Positions 38,683-51,936 are shown, counted from the first letter of the stretch. The stretch is DNA of 64,000 nt from Perkinsus chesapeaki ATCC PRA-425 (GCA_013115145.1 JAAPAO010000072.1:1-64000); one strand, 5' to 3'. Made by a program: numbers and translations. Notes: generated by a model not told the origin, from the letters alone.

Positions 38683-40478
38683 ATGGATGGAATATCCGCA
38701 AGTCGTGACTCCTCATCATCACGCTTGCATTATCTCCAGCAAGTCATACATGCTACCGATACTACTGCACGATTCGGGAGCGCGTTCAGGCTCAACGAGG
38801 TCATCTCACCACCGTCATCTTGGGGCATTCCAAGAGGCACACCCATGCCTATATTCAACCCATCGATAGTCTCAACAACTGTACCCCACTTTGGAGAGGT
38901 CTTCATTACAACGGCACGAATCTCCAATGGACCTGGATGCCCTCATTTCCAAAATGCCGAGTTTAACTCGCTTAAATCCGGCGTGCTCCGCAATGAGCTC
39001 ATCATCGCCCTCATCGATTCCGAGTGCAATGTGATGGACACAACGCTGGTTGATTTCCCTGATCGCTTTGTGGCTTCCTATGATGGGTCCACAGACGTTC
39101 ACCGAGTAGAAGGCCCGATGGATGTCAGGATATTCAACGGCAAAGGAAATGATTCCTGGTGGATCTCGTTCTTTGCCGAATACACTGAAGGAAAGGAAAG
39201 TGGCCACAGAGCGGTGCACTTCGCCCCGCTGCATTTGAGTTTAACGGCATGCAATGGTGAAAGCCATTCATGGAGACCTAATGCCACCTCAACGTGTATG
39301 ATACTCCACGCAGGCGAACACTCCGACGATTGCTTAGAGCACTGTACCTCTCTCGGAGGGGATGATTGTGAGATATCAAAGGATTACTGCATCTGTCGTA
39401 GATGCCAAAATATAACAAACTCAGGACTTACCACGAGATACACTCGTACCCAATCGAAAGCACGATCCTTGTGCATTCAGCGAGCATACATTCATAACGA
39501 TGAGGTTGTGTCAGTAGGTGATACTGGTCGCACAGAGAAGAACTGGCAGCTGATTGAAGTCGGAAACATCTGAGGAAGCATGGCAAGTGTGGTGCTACTC
39601 TAGTAGGTATCGACGGACCTTGAAGAACTCTGGGTGCACTACAGCGTACAGCCGAGCATAAAGATGCGTATTTCACTAGACTGGCCTGAAGGGGTCACGA
39701 GGAATGGTCATGTGAGTTAACACACTTGCTTCAATGAATAGGATGACCCCTCAGCCCCGGCCAGTCCGTGTGGCTTCAGTTGCACTAGATTCTGCTACTG
39801 CAACATGGTGGGACCCAAATGTGATTCATAGGATATCCAACGTGAGAGGTGAACACTAACCGATGTAACACTTCAGCCAATTCCTCGCACAGGTGGTTAT
39901 TGTTGTGTGGCTGTTGATTTAGAGTGGCTTCCTTTTGATATGAAGCAATTTATGGCATTGAATCATCCAAAACATACTAAACTTCTGCTTGGCGTTGGAC
40001 ATATGCAACGCATAAGGCAGCTCGGAGACCAAATGAAAGGGAACCGAACTCGGTACGCTAGAAAGCTATCGCTCCAAACGACTTGCCTTCTTCTCAGATT
40101 GGAAGGCATTCGTAATACCAGAGCTTACAAACAATTCTTCTTCCTTCTCGCGGCTGACTATCCATTCACTATGGTAGCCCAGAAGGATGCAATACATTCT
40201 AACAGGTTGTTCAGTTGGGTGCATCACCAGAGTTTTGTTTCGAAAGTGGCGGAAGGTACAGTCCCTCAGCACAAGGGCCAACGTGTGAAGCTATTCAATT
40301 TATTTCCGGGCTCACACTGGCTTCGTCGCTTGTCGATGGTGATAAAGTAGACCTGGTTATTTCTTATGGCATCAACGACTGTGAAGCGATTATCACACGG
40401 CTTGATATGTACAGTGTCCTCGGGAAATTAAGACCGACAGCTAATGACTTGGTGGATTGGGTGAATGATGAAGTCTAG
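38683..40478 (+). CDS. Five-bladed beta-propeller glycosidase/glycosyltransferase-like protein (GH130/GT91-like)
   Basis: FNPSIV..TARI, EGPMDVRIF, TEKNW, SGLTL..ISYGINDCEA motifs; introns in the 3' half; start uncertain. Confidence 0.55.
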
Positions 40479-40860
40479 ATGGTATCATGCGAAATAGTAG
40501 TGAATTATCGCCTCTCTCAGCCGCATATTAACTTGAGTTCTATATTTTCTGCCCTTGCCGGCGTGGCGTTGCCATGATCGTGTATCGGCACGGTACATGA
40601 GACATTGTGTGGATACCGTAGAGCGTGACGGTCATGTATCCTACCGGCGATTGCGTTATTATATGCGCAGCCTGTTAACGCCCTTCGATATCGGTCTTAC
40701 CGCAGTGTTCGGCTTGGTAACTCAACACCTGGCGTTTGAATGTTATACACCGTAACAAACGAATAATCATGTTGTACGGGAAGCTAATGAAGTGGTACTC
40801 TTCTTATAAAACAGACTCTGTTCAAGTCGAGCTTCCTCTAAGGCTTTCTTTTTTATCTGA

Positions 40861-43644
40861 TTAACAAATAATAATCGCCAAGCAGCCCTTAACAGAGCTT
40901 AGCGATGTCGGATTGGGAACAAGTGGACCTACACTTCTTGACACCTCTTTTCCTAACGCATGATCAGACTCAATCCATTTGATGTGCCACTCTTCATCTT
41001 CAACATCTATCGATTCGTCGAATCCCTGCGATGCACTTTCGCCTTTGGCCTCGGTTGTTGCCCTTTGAAGTGGGGGACGTTGTAAGTCGGGAAGCATGCC
41101 ATTGCCCGAGGGCCCGCCAACAAGTAGAAGGCCCGGAACAGACACGATCTCATCAGCAGGCGAAACTCTGAGTAAATAATGAAGGGCTAACAACTCTTCG
41201 AATACTTACGGTGCGCATATAACCACATTGTGACTTGATAGCCATACAACATCAGCGATGATACCAGGTACAACAACCTACGATCCTCTACCATTCACAA
41301 AACTGCAAAGTATGTCACCTTTAAGCGGCCATCGTCACCGACAAGGGTACCATCTTCGCTGATATCCCACAAGTTCAATTCACCATTGGAGCTTCCACAA
41401 ACCACAAACCTACACATCCTTATCACTTGGTGATAGCAGCTTTGACGAACCTTCCATCTGGGCTGATGTCTGGCCTTGGCAGAGAGTTCTCGATAAGAGC
41501 TCCTCTAAGACTGATAATGATATCTAGTGACCCCCTGCTGTCATCAGCGGTCAATTCTCGAGGCACTAGAGCAATGCGGATCTATGAAAAGAGCATTATG
41601 CTGCTGCTGATGATGATAGCAAAACTCTACCGTTGAATCCGCCATAGTGAGCATGAGCACATCGTGGCTGTTCTTCGGTCTGAAGCCTCTCGCCGCCTTT
41701 TTAATAACTCGGGCTGGAGTGGCGCTGATAGGAGCGATAACTTCATCGGTTATAACACGGATATGCCACACGGGTATCTTCAGGGACACAAGAAGACAGT
41801 GAACCATTTCATAGGTGATTAACTCCTATCAGATCCTGGTGATCATACAGCCCAATGATTGATGGGATGTTCTCGGCTGTATCGAAGGCTATAACTTCCC
41901 CTGCAGATGTTCCAACATAGAGTAACTGATAGGATTGTGCTTCTCAAGCATGAACAGTGCGCAAGACTAACTGAGCTGAAAGAGCTTCTGTCCATCGATG
42001 TTGTGCGGTCTGATGGTCCGGGTGGTGTGTAGAGCATCTTATTGTGAATGTGGTCATCCATCATCCACATCCTGACTCCAGAGTCTCCACAGCTGACTAT
42101 ACATCTAGATGAGCCTCTGACCCAAGTGGATAGAGAGAATGCCTGGGTGAGGTATCATGGTGAGAATAAGGGGAGTTATAACCGATCCAGGTTGGGAGAA
42201 CTCGACAGTTGCATAGAGGCGGACATGGTCAGCCTCATTGGATAACCCTTCTAAGCTCCACACCAGGATGCGTCCATCAGCACTTGTGCTAATAAGACTA
42301 TCTGGAGTTGGCCATAGTAAGGCAAGTGTCTATTTGGAAAGTGCTGTTAGGTCGTTATTAATCTCTACCTGCCCGGAAATGCACTGGTCAGCCTCTACGA
42401 CTGGTTGGCTCGACTCTTCCATGGAGTAAATTGATATCCTGCTTGACTCGGTAGCGTGATAAATCTCTTGCCGGGCGACCGCTATGCATCTGTTTATATG
42501 TTGTGCCTTGCCAAAAGTCGTTCAATAATGCTACTCATTATTTGGTGATAACGTGATTCTAAACGCTCCTCTGTCATCATTATCAAGATCGATCGTACCA
42601 ACATAAGCGTTGTATGGCAGACATGGGTGTCCAGGATGTCTCGTGTAAATCCCTGGGGCACTTTCTATCAGACACACATTTAGACTGTCCAGCAATTCTA
42701 CCCAAATCAGATCTGCCGCCGCTACTTCGCTCGATTACGACACTTTGCGACTTTGACGCAGAGGTTAGCGCCTTCTTTTTTCGATAATCATCCTGGATAA
42801 CTTTCACTGGATCGAAGCATACAACCAGTAGGAGGCCAGGGATGGGGTACTTAGCAGGCATGGCAACGTCGTATCTTGGTGATACTGTCATTATAATGTC
42901 ATCAGGGATCTTTACACTCTATCAGGGCACTCAAGGGTCTCCTCAGAACCGCTGGCCCGAGAAGGGCCTCGATACCGTGGGTGATACATCGATAGTCTGA
43001 GGTTGACTACTAGGCTCATGTTAGACAAGTAATCGACCTTAGCGGGCCTTTTTGGGAGCCATCTTGAAGAATGGGTGCGTAGCTTGCCCACGCTAACACT
43101 TCGCCTTTATCGTTGGTACCGTTGTTATCCGCAATTAGCTCAAATATGAAGAACAACCCAGCGGCTAAAGAAAGGCATCATCAACCATGAGCGTAAGTAA
43201 TCGGTCCGAGGCTACCTCGAGAGATATCAGGGTCGGGTATGACAAGTGTTTGATTGATCGGTAAGCTCCTGTAAGGTGTCTCAATACATTCACTGCAGTT
43301 GGTGCACGACAACGCAACGGGTTTGGTGATGAGGGTTGGTATCGTTGAGTGTAAGCCTGCCATCTGAAGTGAACAATGTTTAATTTCAGTAATTGGTATA
43401 AAGTGTGTGACCTTTCCTGTGGGGATTCTTGTACCAGTGCGCATGTACCGAAGGCCCCTGAACAGTGAAACTAATTCCAAGTCGGGTAGGCTTATGTCGA
43501 TAGAGTGCCGATTCAATTCTTTAGTGTTGTTGATGCAAACTTCCTTGTCACGCTATATATTTAGTTTCCCCTACAGTGTTGTTCGAAAGTCACTAATCGG
43601 GTTACCACACGCGTCGCAGGTAGGCTACCGTTTAGTAAAGCCAT
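40861..43644 (-). CDS. Multi-exon WD40-repeat protein, possibly jouberin/AHI1-like
   Basis: WD-like exons LYVGTSAGEVIAFD, ISPDGRFV, VVCGSSNGELEL; N-terminal segments EVLAWASYAPIL and LRLSMYHP resemble the AHI1 pre-WD region (weak). Confidence 0.4.
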
Positions 43645-43685
43645 GTCTCCCTGACGTCGCTACAGCCGAAGGTGTTTACTCGAGA

Positions 43686-43757
43686 GGCTGTGTGGTCTAG
43701 TGGTATGATTCTCGCTTAGGGTGCGAGAGGTCCCGAGTTCAATTCTCGGCACAGCCC
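43686..43757 (+). tRNA. tRNA-Pro (AGG)
   Basis: GGCTGTG TG GTCTAGTGGTATGATT CTCGC TTAGGGT GCGAG AGGTC CCGAG TTCAATT CTCGG CACAGCC C; complete cloverleaf followed by TTT. Confidence 0.95.
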
Positions 43758-44427
43758 TTTACCTCTCAAGGTCAAGTGTATACATCTTTACTGTGAAACT
43801 TGTCGTCATGCCTTCTGCAGCACTCTTGCCTCCCCGTCTTCGCACCGGTGGTGGAATATTCAGCGTCACTAGAGCTTCAGGATGCCACTCGATACTAGAG
43901 ATGAGAACACTCGATAGTTTACCTGAACCACGATTGCTCATCAGGCTCATCAGGCTGCTGCTGGCCCACTCAGTAAAGGGAGTTGCCCCACGGCTGCCCA
44001 TTCTTTAGCAGCAGCCTGCAGCCCGTCAAGGTTAATGACTGCTTTGCTCGGTCTACGTCTTTTTATAGTCTCCAACAACACCATCTTGATTCTGTCGGCA
44101 AGTGGGAACTTTCCACGGCAAGGAGGCAGACGTCCCTCCTCATTTGACACCGAAAATGTTGCGAAACTCGTGTGTTTGACTGTGGTGGAATTTGGGTGAT
44201 TGTCAGCCGAGATTGTCTGAAATACGTCAGGGTGGCAGATGCCCAGTCATGGTCAGGAAGGTACTTGTTGGTTGGTTGCTACAGCGACACTGTCGTCTCC
44301 CAACGTGGATGATCCTATTCGCCTCGCAGCCATTACTCAACCCTGCTCGGGTTCAGTATTCGGGAATCGATATTTACTAACACAAGACTTGATGCTGTCA
44401 GAAACAATGATGGAAACAAATGAGAGA

Positions 44428-45813
44428 TTAATTATATGACGGTTCAACCATGACTACGAGGCCTCTAAGATGTTTACTATTAGCATGATAAGGTGAATAC
44501 ATATGGTCCACACTTGCCCCCAACTCTTCAACTACTTTAACTCTTCTACCGGACCTCACTGCTGCCGCACCGACAACGTCCTCCAACACACCCTCCCTTG
44601 ATAGTTCATGCGAGCAGCTGAACACCCACAAGCATCCACCATTCATCTTGTTCACTTTAATCAAACTGAGTTCCGTAAACCTTCGAAGTCGTCGTTTTGG
44701 TAGCTTATTATCTCCACATTCCTTCACTATATTTGGCGGGTCCAAAATAATCAAGTCGAATTCATCTTTGGTATTCCGTAAAAAGTCCCCAACATCCGAG
44801 ACCATCCAGTCTATCCTCGATTCGATATCTTTACCATTCAACTTTGAGTTAGCCTTGGCGACCTCGATACTCTTTTCTTGCATATCCACACCAATAACCC
44901 TCCCCTCTCTCCCCGCCACAGCAGCAGCAGCAGCGTGAATGGCGAATCCTCCGGTGTAACAGCAAAGATCAGCTATCTTCATCGGCTGGACACGTTTCAC
45001 ATATTCCATAACTTTCCGCCGATTGTCCGTCTGATCCAAAAACCATCCAGTTTTCTTGCCACCACAAACGTCCACTGCAAACTTCAATGAGTTTTCAGAT
45101 ATGATCAAATCATCAACCTTTGCTTTCTCCTCACCCTTCTCGACAGGCTCTTCCATCCTGCCATCCGCGAGCAGCAAATCCTTACGGAACTTCCAAAGAA
45201 CCCGATTAACTTGAACAACTTGAGTAATAATAATGTCATCTAGAAGTTCTCGAAGCCCATCCATACAAACCCATTGAGCGCTGACATAAACAACAGCTAT
45301 ATTGTCATAGACGTCAACAGCGACACCAGTAACACCATCACCTTCATAATTCAATAACCGATAGCATCGACGAAATGATAGATCGAACATGCGCATGCGT
45401 GCACTTAACGCTGCTGCCAGCCTTTTGCTGAACCATTGGGCAATAGCCTTCAACGGGTCATTAAATACATCATCATTAATCGGGCCGTCCACAGTTTTGT
45501 CATGCATTACTCGAAGTGCGAATGACTTTGCAGTTCTGCCAGTTGTCAACATACCCCATCCGCACACCTCCGATTGCCTCCCAGCAACCCCTATGCCGCA
45601 CATTCTCGGTAACGCATCATCATCATCGGTGGAAGCATTCGATAATTTATCCCAGTTGAGTATAAGATTCTTATGTACATAATGTTTTTGATGGTTGGCA
45701 GTGGCGTCGGATATCCTAACCACAGGGAAACCCTCCCTCTCGAGTGATGCTACTGTAAGCTGCTTTACAGTCGATAAAAGGCATCGACGACGATGAAGCA
45801 ATGCTTGCAACAT
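44428..45813 (-). CDS. RlmI/YccW-like SAM-dependent rRNA m5C methyltransferase, intronless, probable mitochondrial presequence
   Basis: YRLLNYEGDGVTGVAVDVY, KTGWFLDQTDNR, DLCCYTGGFAIHA, FDLIILDPP and FSCS motifs. Confidence 0.85.
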   Translation of the reverse strand: MLQALLHRRRCLLSTVKQLTVASLEREGFPVVRISDATANHQKHYVHKNLILNWDKLSNASTDDDDALPRMCGIGVAGRQSEVCGWGMLTTGRTAKSFALRVMHDKTVDGPINDDVFNDPLKAIAQWFSKRLAAALSARMRMFDLSFRRCYRLLNYEGDGVTGVAVDVYDNIAVVYVSAQWVCMDGLRELLDDIIITQVVQVNRVLWKFRKDLLLADGRMEEPVEKGEEKAKVDDLIISENSLKFAVDVCGGKKTGWFLDQTDNRRKVMEYVKRVQPMKIADLCCYTGGFAIHAAAAAVAGREGRVIGVDMQEKSIEVAKANSKLNGKDIESRIDWMVSDVGDFLRNTKDEFDLIILDPPNIVKECGDNKLPKRRLRRFTELSLIKVNKMNGGCLWVFSCSHELSREGVLEDVVGAAAVRSGRRVKVVEELGASVDHMYSPYHANSKHLRGLVVMVEPSYN

Positions 45814-46016
45814 AAACTGACAACATTGTTAGTCTTGCATTCCTACGCAACAGGATAGTTATTTTGTTGTTGAATTGTAAAATGGTCGCGGGTTCGATCC
45901 CTGCAGTTTGCATTATCATCCTATAAGATACCCCCCGTAGCGATTATCCAACCAACCGCTGTACTTTAAAAATAATGCCAGAAAAATGGCCAGTAACTGC
46001 ACAACTCCGTCGGTTG

Positions 46017-47161
46017 TTAAATTCCCCTCTGATACCTTACCAAGGCGAAGCTCCAGCTAATCCCTCGGAAGAGCCCGGGAGAGCCACCAGCTGCATCTTC
46101 CTCTAAATTGATAATCTGACTTGCACCGGCGTTATCTAAGAATACCTCTACCGGGGTTCGAACCCACGACCTATTACCTATATAATCCTTGATTGACTGT
46201 ACTCTAGTGAATGTATCCCTACTTCGTAGCCACTCCAATCTTAAAGTGTTCGGGGCTCTTAAACAGGAGCACAACCAAAATGAAAGCTTTTCCAACTCCA
46301 ACGGTGTCATAGCCCCCCTAAAGGCTCGGCATCCCTCTCAATTAACCATTCCCACCTACAGTTGAGCCCTACTAGGCCTTCGCCTGTCACCATGTAGCTG
46401 ATGAAACTTACGCAACCCCATCTCACCGACTCTTGGTAATCGATTATCGTATAGGAGAGATAGGCATGTATTCGCTATTGGAGGGTTTATATGAGGTAAG
46501 TTTAATAATAATGACTTACCAAGCTCCATAGTGTTATTCTGCTGCTGCTGTTCTTCGATGGTGTCCTTAATCGGTGATGCGGCGTACTTTTTAACCCTTA
46601 TACCCGAAGTATTGGTATCTACACCAAATAGAAATATAATGTAGTAAATGATGATATTGAACTATCCAAATGATAGGTAACATAGTAGCAGCCAAGTTGC
46701 TCCACCTTCAACCTCATTTTCCTATTACATATCTCATTATTCCCAACAGCATTAACTCTTCCACGTCCAATAACAACTATACGATTCCCTCTAATCTGCG
46801 CTATCTCTCCCAATACTGCAAGACTATGCTGTTCACTGGCATCTATACCATAACATTCTGACACCTCTAGCCATAAGTATCATTATACCTTCCATTTCAA
46901 TAACAACACTTCTTGCTGCCCCTCCTCTCCATATCCCCCTAGCAGCCTCAGCTTCTATTGCCTCTACATTAACAGCTAACCTATTGCCATAAGGATACAG
47001 CACAGCACCCTCTGGCAACCTAACAGATCCGCCTGACCCCAACCACCTCGAATGAACGTACTTAATAAATGGGAAGAAAACACCGTGGTCAGCAGCAGCA
47101 GCCGATGCATCGGTAGAGCTCGAAGATTCCTCTTGAGCCTCGAGCTCCTTGACCTCATCAA
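46017..47161 (-). CDS. LON peptidase N-terminal-domain protein (multi-exon)
   Basis: VLYPYGNRLAV, IVVIGRGRV and LSFWLCSCL..RLEWLRSRDTFTR resemble LON substrate-binding domain motifs. Confidence 0.5.
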
Positions 47162-47630
47162 GCCTAGTCGCGTATTCTTGAGGGAATCTATGCAGTTGTT
47201 GGTCGTGACGGTGATAGGTGGTAAGGTTACTTATGTTGAATTAAATTGGCTATCATAACATTAGTGTTCCCTATAAATGGACATGGTGCTCGACAGGTCT
47301 GAAGGTTAGGGCTTAATTGAGCTAATTATCAGTCTACTACTGGGCATAGCTGACGATGGTCCATGCTCTTTCTGATACAATATTTGCAAAAAGTGTGACC
47401 ACATGCAGTCGTTACCGGCCTGCATTCGACATCGATAAATATCTTTAAGCGCACACCCTACTCCACTAGAAGCCTCAGACAAATTGGGCATTCAAAGCAG
47501 CTACCAGCTGTAGTGGGCTCTGATGACTCCATTATTTATAAGGCTATTAAATAGCTATACTTTATAAACACAAAACGTAAGTTGAAGAATCACTGAAAGC
47601 GGGCCAGTCAAAACCAAACAGCTAAGACGT

Positions 47631-48049
47631 TTATCGCTTCTTACCGTACATGGCGGCCTCAGCCTGAAAGAAATATTATAACATAATTGTTAATAGTTCG
47701 ATCATTACCTTCTTCTTGGAGCTATCACCAAGCTCGAAATGCTTGCAACGCTTAATAGGCATCATACGCTTGCACTTGCACTTAGTGCACTCCAACTTAA
47801 GGACAATCTTCTTAGTTGTCTTTGCCTTCTTACGGAAGACAGGCTTAGTTTGACCACCGAAACCAGCCTGCTTGCTATCGTAACGTCTCTTACCCTGGGC
47901 AACCAAGGAAGCCTTACCGGTCTTGTACTGAGTAACCTAATATATATTATCATTAAACAACACTTAATAAACCTCCATAATACCTTTTGACCGGTATGCT
48001 TCTTGCAGCGCTTGCAATAGGTCTTGCGAGTCTTAGGAACGGTAACCAT
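47631..48049 (-). CDS. RPL36A: 60S ribosomal protein eL42 (L36a/L44), 3 exons
   Basis: [18 protein letters not shown]../[58 protein letters not shown]. Confidence 0.96.
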
Positions 48050-48260
48050 GGCGGGCCCTTCAGCGACTGTTGGGATCGTCACCACAGAACACCTCAGCAC
48101 TTGTAGCTATTATCGATCACTCGGGCGAGCGAGATCGACAAAAGTGAGCTTTTCGGGTATCTTGGTGTAGATCGGTGGCACTGTTATAACCTCGATGTGA
48201 GCGATCCTTTTGATAACAAGCTTACAAAGGCTCGATTGAGTCGTACAAGTTGTGATGGAT

Positions 48261-49066
48261 TTATTTTGCTAAATCCACCAAGATCGTTCTATAGGGATCT
48301 GCCTTTCGACACCTGGTGATCCTCGGCGAGGATTCAAACAGTTCTAGAAGGGTATCCTCGCTATCATAGCAGGACAGATACCAGCGTCTTAGAGAACTTT
48401 TGTTGAAGAGATGAATCCTTCTTGTGGTACTACTTGTAATCTCTTGACAAGTACTCTTCACCATTTACCGATAAACATTGTGATCCAGCGTAGTTACATT
48501 TGGTCAAATAATATTCATCGACTCAATGACATAGTATACGTAACGCATATCCAGTAGTATATCCGAAATATCGAGATACGTCTGGATGCTGTGGATTGGG
48601 CAGCCTATTTCTCGAAACTATTCTGTCACGTGCGAATGTCAAGGTGTGGATACTGCAATATCGAAGCTCTCTTCAGGAAGTCACACTATATAGGGGAGAG
48701 TTATATCTGCCCGTTGGCAAAACCCTGTTACATTCTCCGGGTTAACCCTTTCAACCCGCCAGACCAGCCCGAGGTGACCCATTGATGATAGCGTTAACCT
48801 CCTGTGGCTCTTTCGTGCATCACACTGATGAACTAATACTGTAGACGATGAAAATGTTCGAGGACACCATAGAAGTGATATGTCCTCTTCTACTACATCC
48901 ACATAATAAGTGTACATTATGCAGTACCTAGCGGTGCTTTTTGTCGCTGAAGGCTTCTCCGAGGCCAGCTCAGGCTTACACATATTCAGCAATGTAGCAT
49001 TAAGCACTCCATGAATATACTCCTCGACTTCGACAAGGTACTCGAAAGAACACCAATCATGCGGCA
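48261..49066 (-). CDS. Hypothetical multi-exon protein
   Basis: Successive minus-strand open segments with GT-AG boundaries; no recognisable domain; boundaries uncertain. Confidence 0.3.
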
Positions 49067-50005
49067 TGCTTCGAGCACAAATGTGTCCAAAAAAGAGTTC
49101 GAACGATAGGAAACTTGAATAAAAACTTTCTTTAAGTAGGCAGAAAGACGTGTGCAGGATGAAGGGCCGAAAAAAGCTTTTCCCAACCCTTGGACGTGAA
49201 CTAAAATGTTCACCCTTAGCATACGCCATTCCCCTGCGTCGCTGTGGGGGTTTCGTGTTTAAAGTGTTGCAGACCTCCATCAAGACAAAGAAGCGCCACA
49301 ACGCTTGATGACCGAATTTGGTGAGCTGAAGTATGGAACGGAACCCATGGAATCGGCGTACATGAATCACCAGTGGTGTCTTTTGCAGAGGATACGGAAG
49401 TGATTTTCGTAACCCAGGCGATCAATCTTGTCGAGGGGTCTTTAATGTAGAGGTGGCCACGGTTCACTCGTGAACTTCACAGCGTGTAGAACTGAGTGTT
49501 CGGAGCGGATGAGAGCCCAAAAGCAGCATTTGAAGCTTCGATTGTTGATCAGCGCCTCTGATCTTTCATTTCTGCATTGGTCGACTTAATAACATACATA
49601 CGTGTTTTCCGCGACGACCGACTAAATGGGGTCCATGGATCGGGCGGTCCACTTTCCGCTACTAACCTAGCTGCTATTGAGAAACCACGATAACGTGCAA
49701 TAGCCAGTCTTAGCTGAGGATACTGGCTTTCTGTATCAGGTTGAATATTAAGTATTACATTTAGGAATCTGTTACTGAGTCGCTAAAGTGACAGGGTGAA
49801 TGCTGCCCCCGAAGTTGATGCTAGACTGCTAACCTTCATTGACAATACTGTGTGTTATAACCCAATAAGTGAGTTGTCGCTGGAGGTAGAAAAATTCTCA
49901 ACTATCGGCAGCATGAAATTGTTCAAGTACATAGCAAAGAAGAGAGTAATGTTAATGTTGGGAGAGAGTAGAAAGACGTCCACCAGATAGATGAACACAT
50001 CCCGG

Positions 50006-50392
50006 TTACTGTCTCTGGTAACATACACCCCCCGCAGCCGTCTGGAATAAGATATGCGTTTGATTAAGATTCATATCAAAACTCTTTGACGTAATATCTA
50101 GTACACCACCGGAGTCTTTCACCATTTTCTTAAATTGTTCATCATACAGAGTGAAACGAAATTCGTCCGACTCAATCACTACCAAATATTTGCAGACATA
50201 GATGATACGGCCTTCAGGCGGGGGCGCAAGATGACTGAACCTCACTCGACGACCTTGACCTTGACCTATGAAGGTTATGCGGCTGATATAATAGCTGGGC
50301 CTCTTGGGAGATACAGGATAGTATATGCCATCGAATCCTTGGCCAACCACCATGGCAAGAACACCCAAGGTGAGAACGAGCATGAGTCTCAT
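50006..50392 (-). CDS. Small secreted protein (128 aa), paralog of 63466-63867
   Basis: Signal peptide MRLMLVLTLGVLAMVVG; shares DGxYxP..P....YY...I.F and other motifs with the 63.8 kb ORF. Confidence 0.8.
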   Translation of the reverse strand: MRLMLVLTLGVLAMVVGQGFDGIYYPVSPKRPSYYISRITFIGQGQGRRVRFSHLAPPPEGRIIYVCKYLVVIESDEFRFTLYDEQFKKMVKDSGGVLDITSKSFDMNLNQTHILFQTAAGGVCYQRQ

Positions 50393-50464
50393 CAGACAGA
50401 GATGAAGTTCTTAAGTACAACCTTGCAAGGCTTGCAGCGCCACTTTCCGATCGGAAATGATTCG

Positions 50465-50479
50465 TGTGGAGCGGCGCTG
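50465..50479 (-). promoter_or_regulatory. Conserved upstream 15-mer (CAGCGCCGCTCCACA on the gene strand)
   Basis: Identical to 63939-63953; lies 73 nt upstream of the ATG here and 72 nt upstream in the paralog. Confidence 0.6.
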
Positions 50480-51936
50480 GTTACTTACTCCACCAGTCGG
50501 TGCTTACTGGTAACTTCCACCATCTAAACGTAGATGAAATTAATCATTTTGGCTCTTGTGGATGATAATAAGTTTAAGCATCTCATAGCATAGTCTTTAG
50601 GACCTCTTACATTTGATGTTGAGGTAGAGCCGGATCATCTTTGGTTCCAGAGATAAACTTCGCGAGGTTGGCACTATGCTCCACCGAACTACTGTCCATG
50701 CGAAGCTACTTGACCCCACCTGAGGTTACCACAGGGCCGTCGATCGAGACTTGCAGGCTGCAAGCTGCAAGTAGCAGCTCACTTGACTCCACACAGAGCT
50801 TTGCAGCCTGCAAATCGCAGAAACCGTTTGCCAGAGTTTTTGGTAGGACGGAGAGTCTTCGTCGGAGACAAACGGTGCTGGGAGCCACAGAATAGATGCG
50901 TGACATGCTACCATGGGAACTGCGACTGAATTTCGCAGCAAATTGGGCTGAATCATTCAGCCTGAATGAGTTCACCTAGCTGACTGAATCGGCTAGATTA
51001 CCGTCTGCATTCTGCCGACCAAACCCTGGACTGTCTCATCCATGGACATCACATGTCATCTGAAAATTCAGCTAAACCTGACCCTTTTTTATACATCGGC
51101 GTCACGGCTAGCATTAATGGACTGTTAACTCAAGTCATTAGTTAATATGAGAGATGCCAACACCTTACTAACACCAAGGGGTGACTGTTCACCGTGCTAA
51201 TGAACGATGGTCAGTGTGACCGGCTACCTTCGCCGGCTTAGGTAACCTACGTGAGTCGTATCTTCGTAGTTGTAGTGACTGCTTGACGTGGCGCTTGTTC
51301 GAAGAATATTTGACTTGTGCAACTTGTATGTAACAATAACAGAGAATGTCCGGTAAAGACTGAGCTTTCTAGATAGGCAATCATGGCGGTTCAACCGCCG
51401 TAATTTGCAACTCACATTAATTAACTGATGTGGTGGGCTATACCATATAATATGGTTCATATCATTAGTACACACATTGCTACTTGAATGAAAGAACTAT
51501 CAGAAAGGTGTTTACGAGGATATTTACCCGTTAATAACTGGTCAATACATGGTCAAGTTCTACGGGCAATCTTAGCGTGACTTGCAAACAATTGGCTCAT
51601 TTTCTCCCTCGCCTCAGTTGAACGCAGCGATGTGCTAAGCTCGGTGCGGTTCGTAAGCTGCAAGGAGCCCAGACATGATAGAAAGGCTTATCTCGTCGGA
51701 CGATCGTCGCCCGAGTCGCAGGTATGTGATTTACCTCTTATACAGGCAGCCAGTAGGCCTCGAGCGTTGGGCATCGCTTGAAACAGAGTTACGCGTAACA
51801 AGTCTACAATAACGGTTTAGCTGACCGATAAGTTTGGTTGAACGTATGATACGTTACGTATCAACATGAACGAGTCCATCTTAATTGACAGTAATCAATA
51901 GCACAATGCATCAGCTCCATACAACTATAATAATCT

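Noticed and set aside
43759-44150. Small gene or pseudogene next to tRNA-Pro
   Set aside because: Two short ORFs in different frames with no recognisable domain and no convincing splice join.
51560-51800. Structured ncRNA (SRP/snRNA) candidate in a GC-richer intergenic patch
   Set aside because: No diagnostic conserved motif could be matched; an Infernal/Rfam scan would be decisive.
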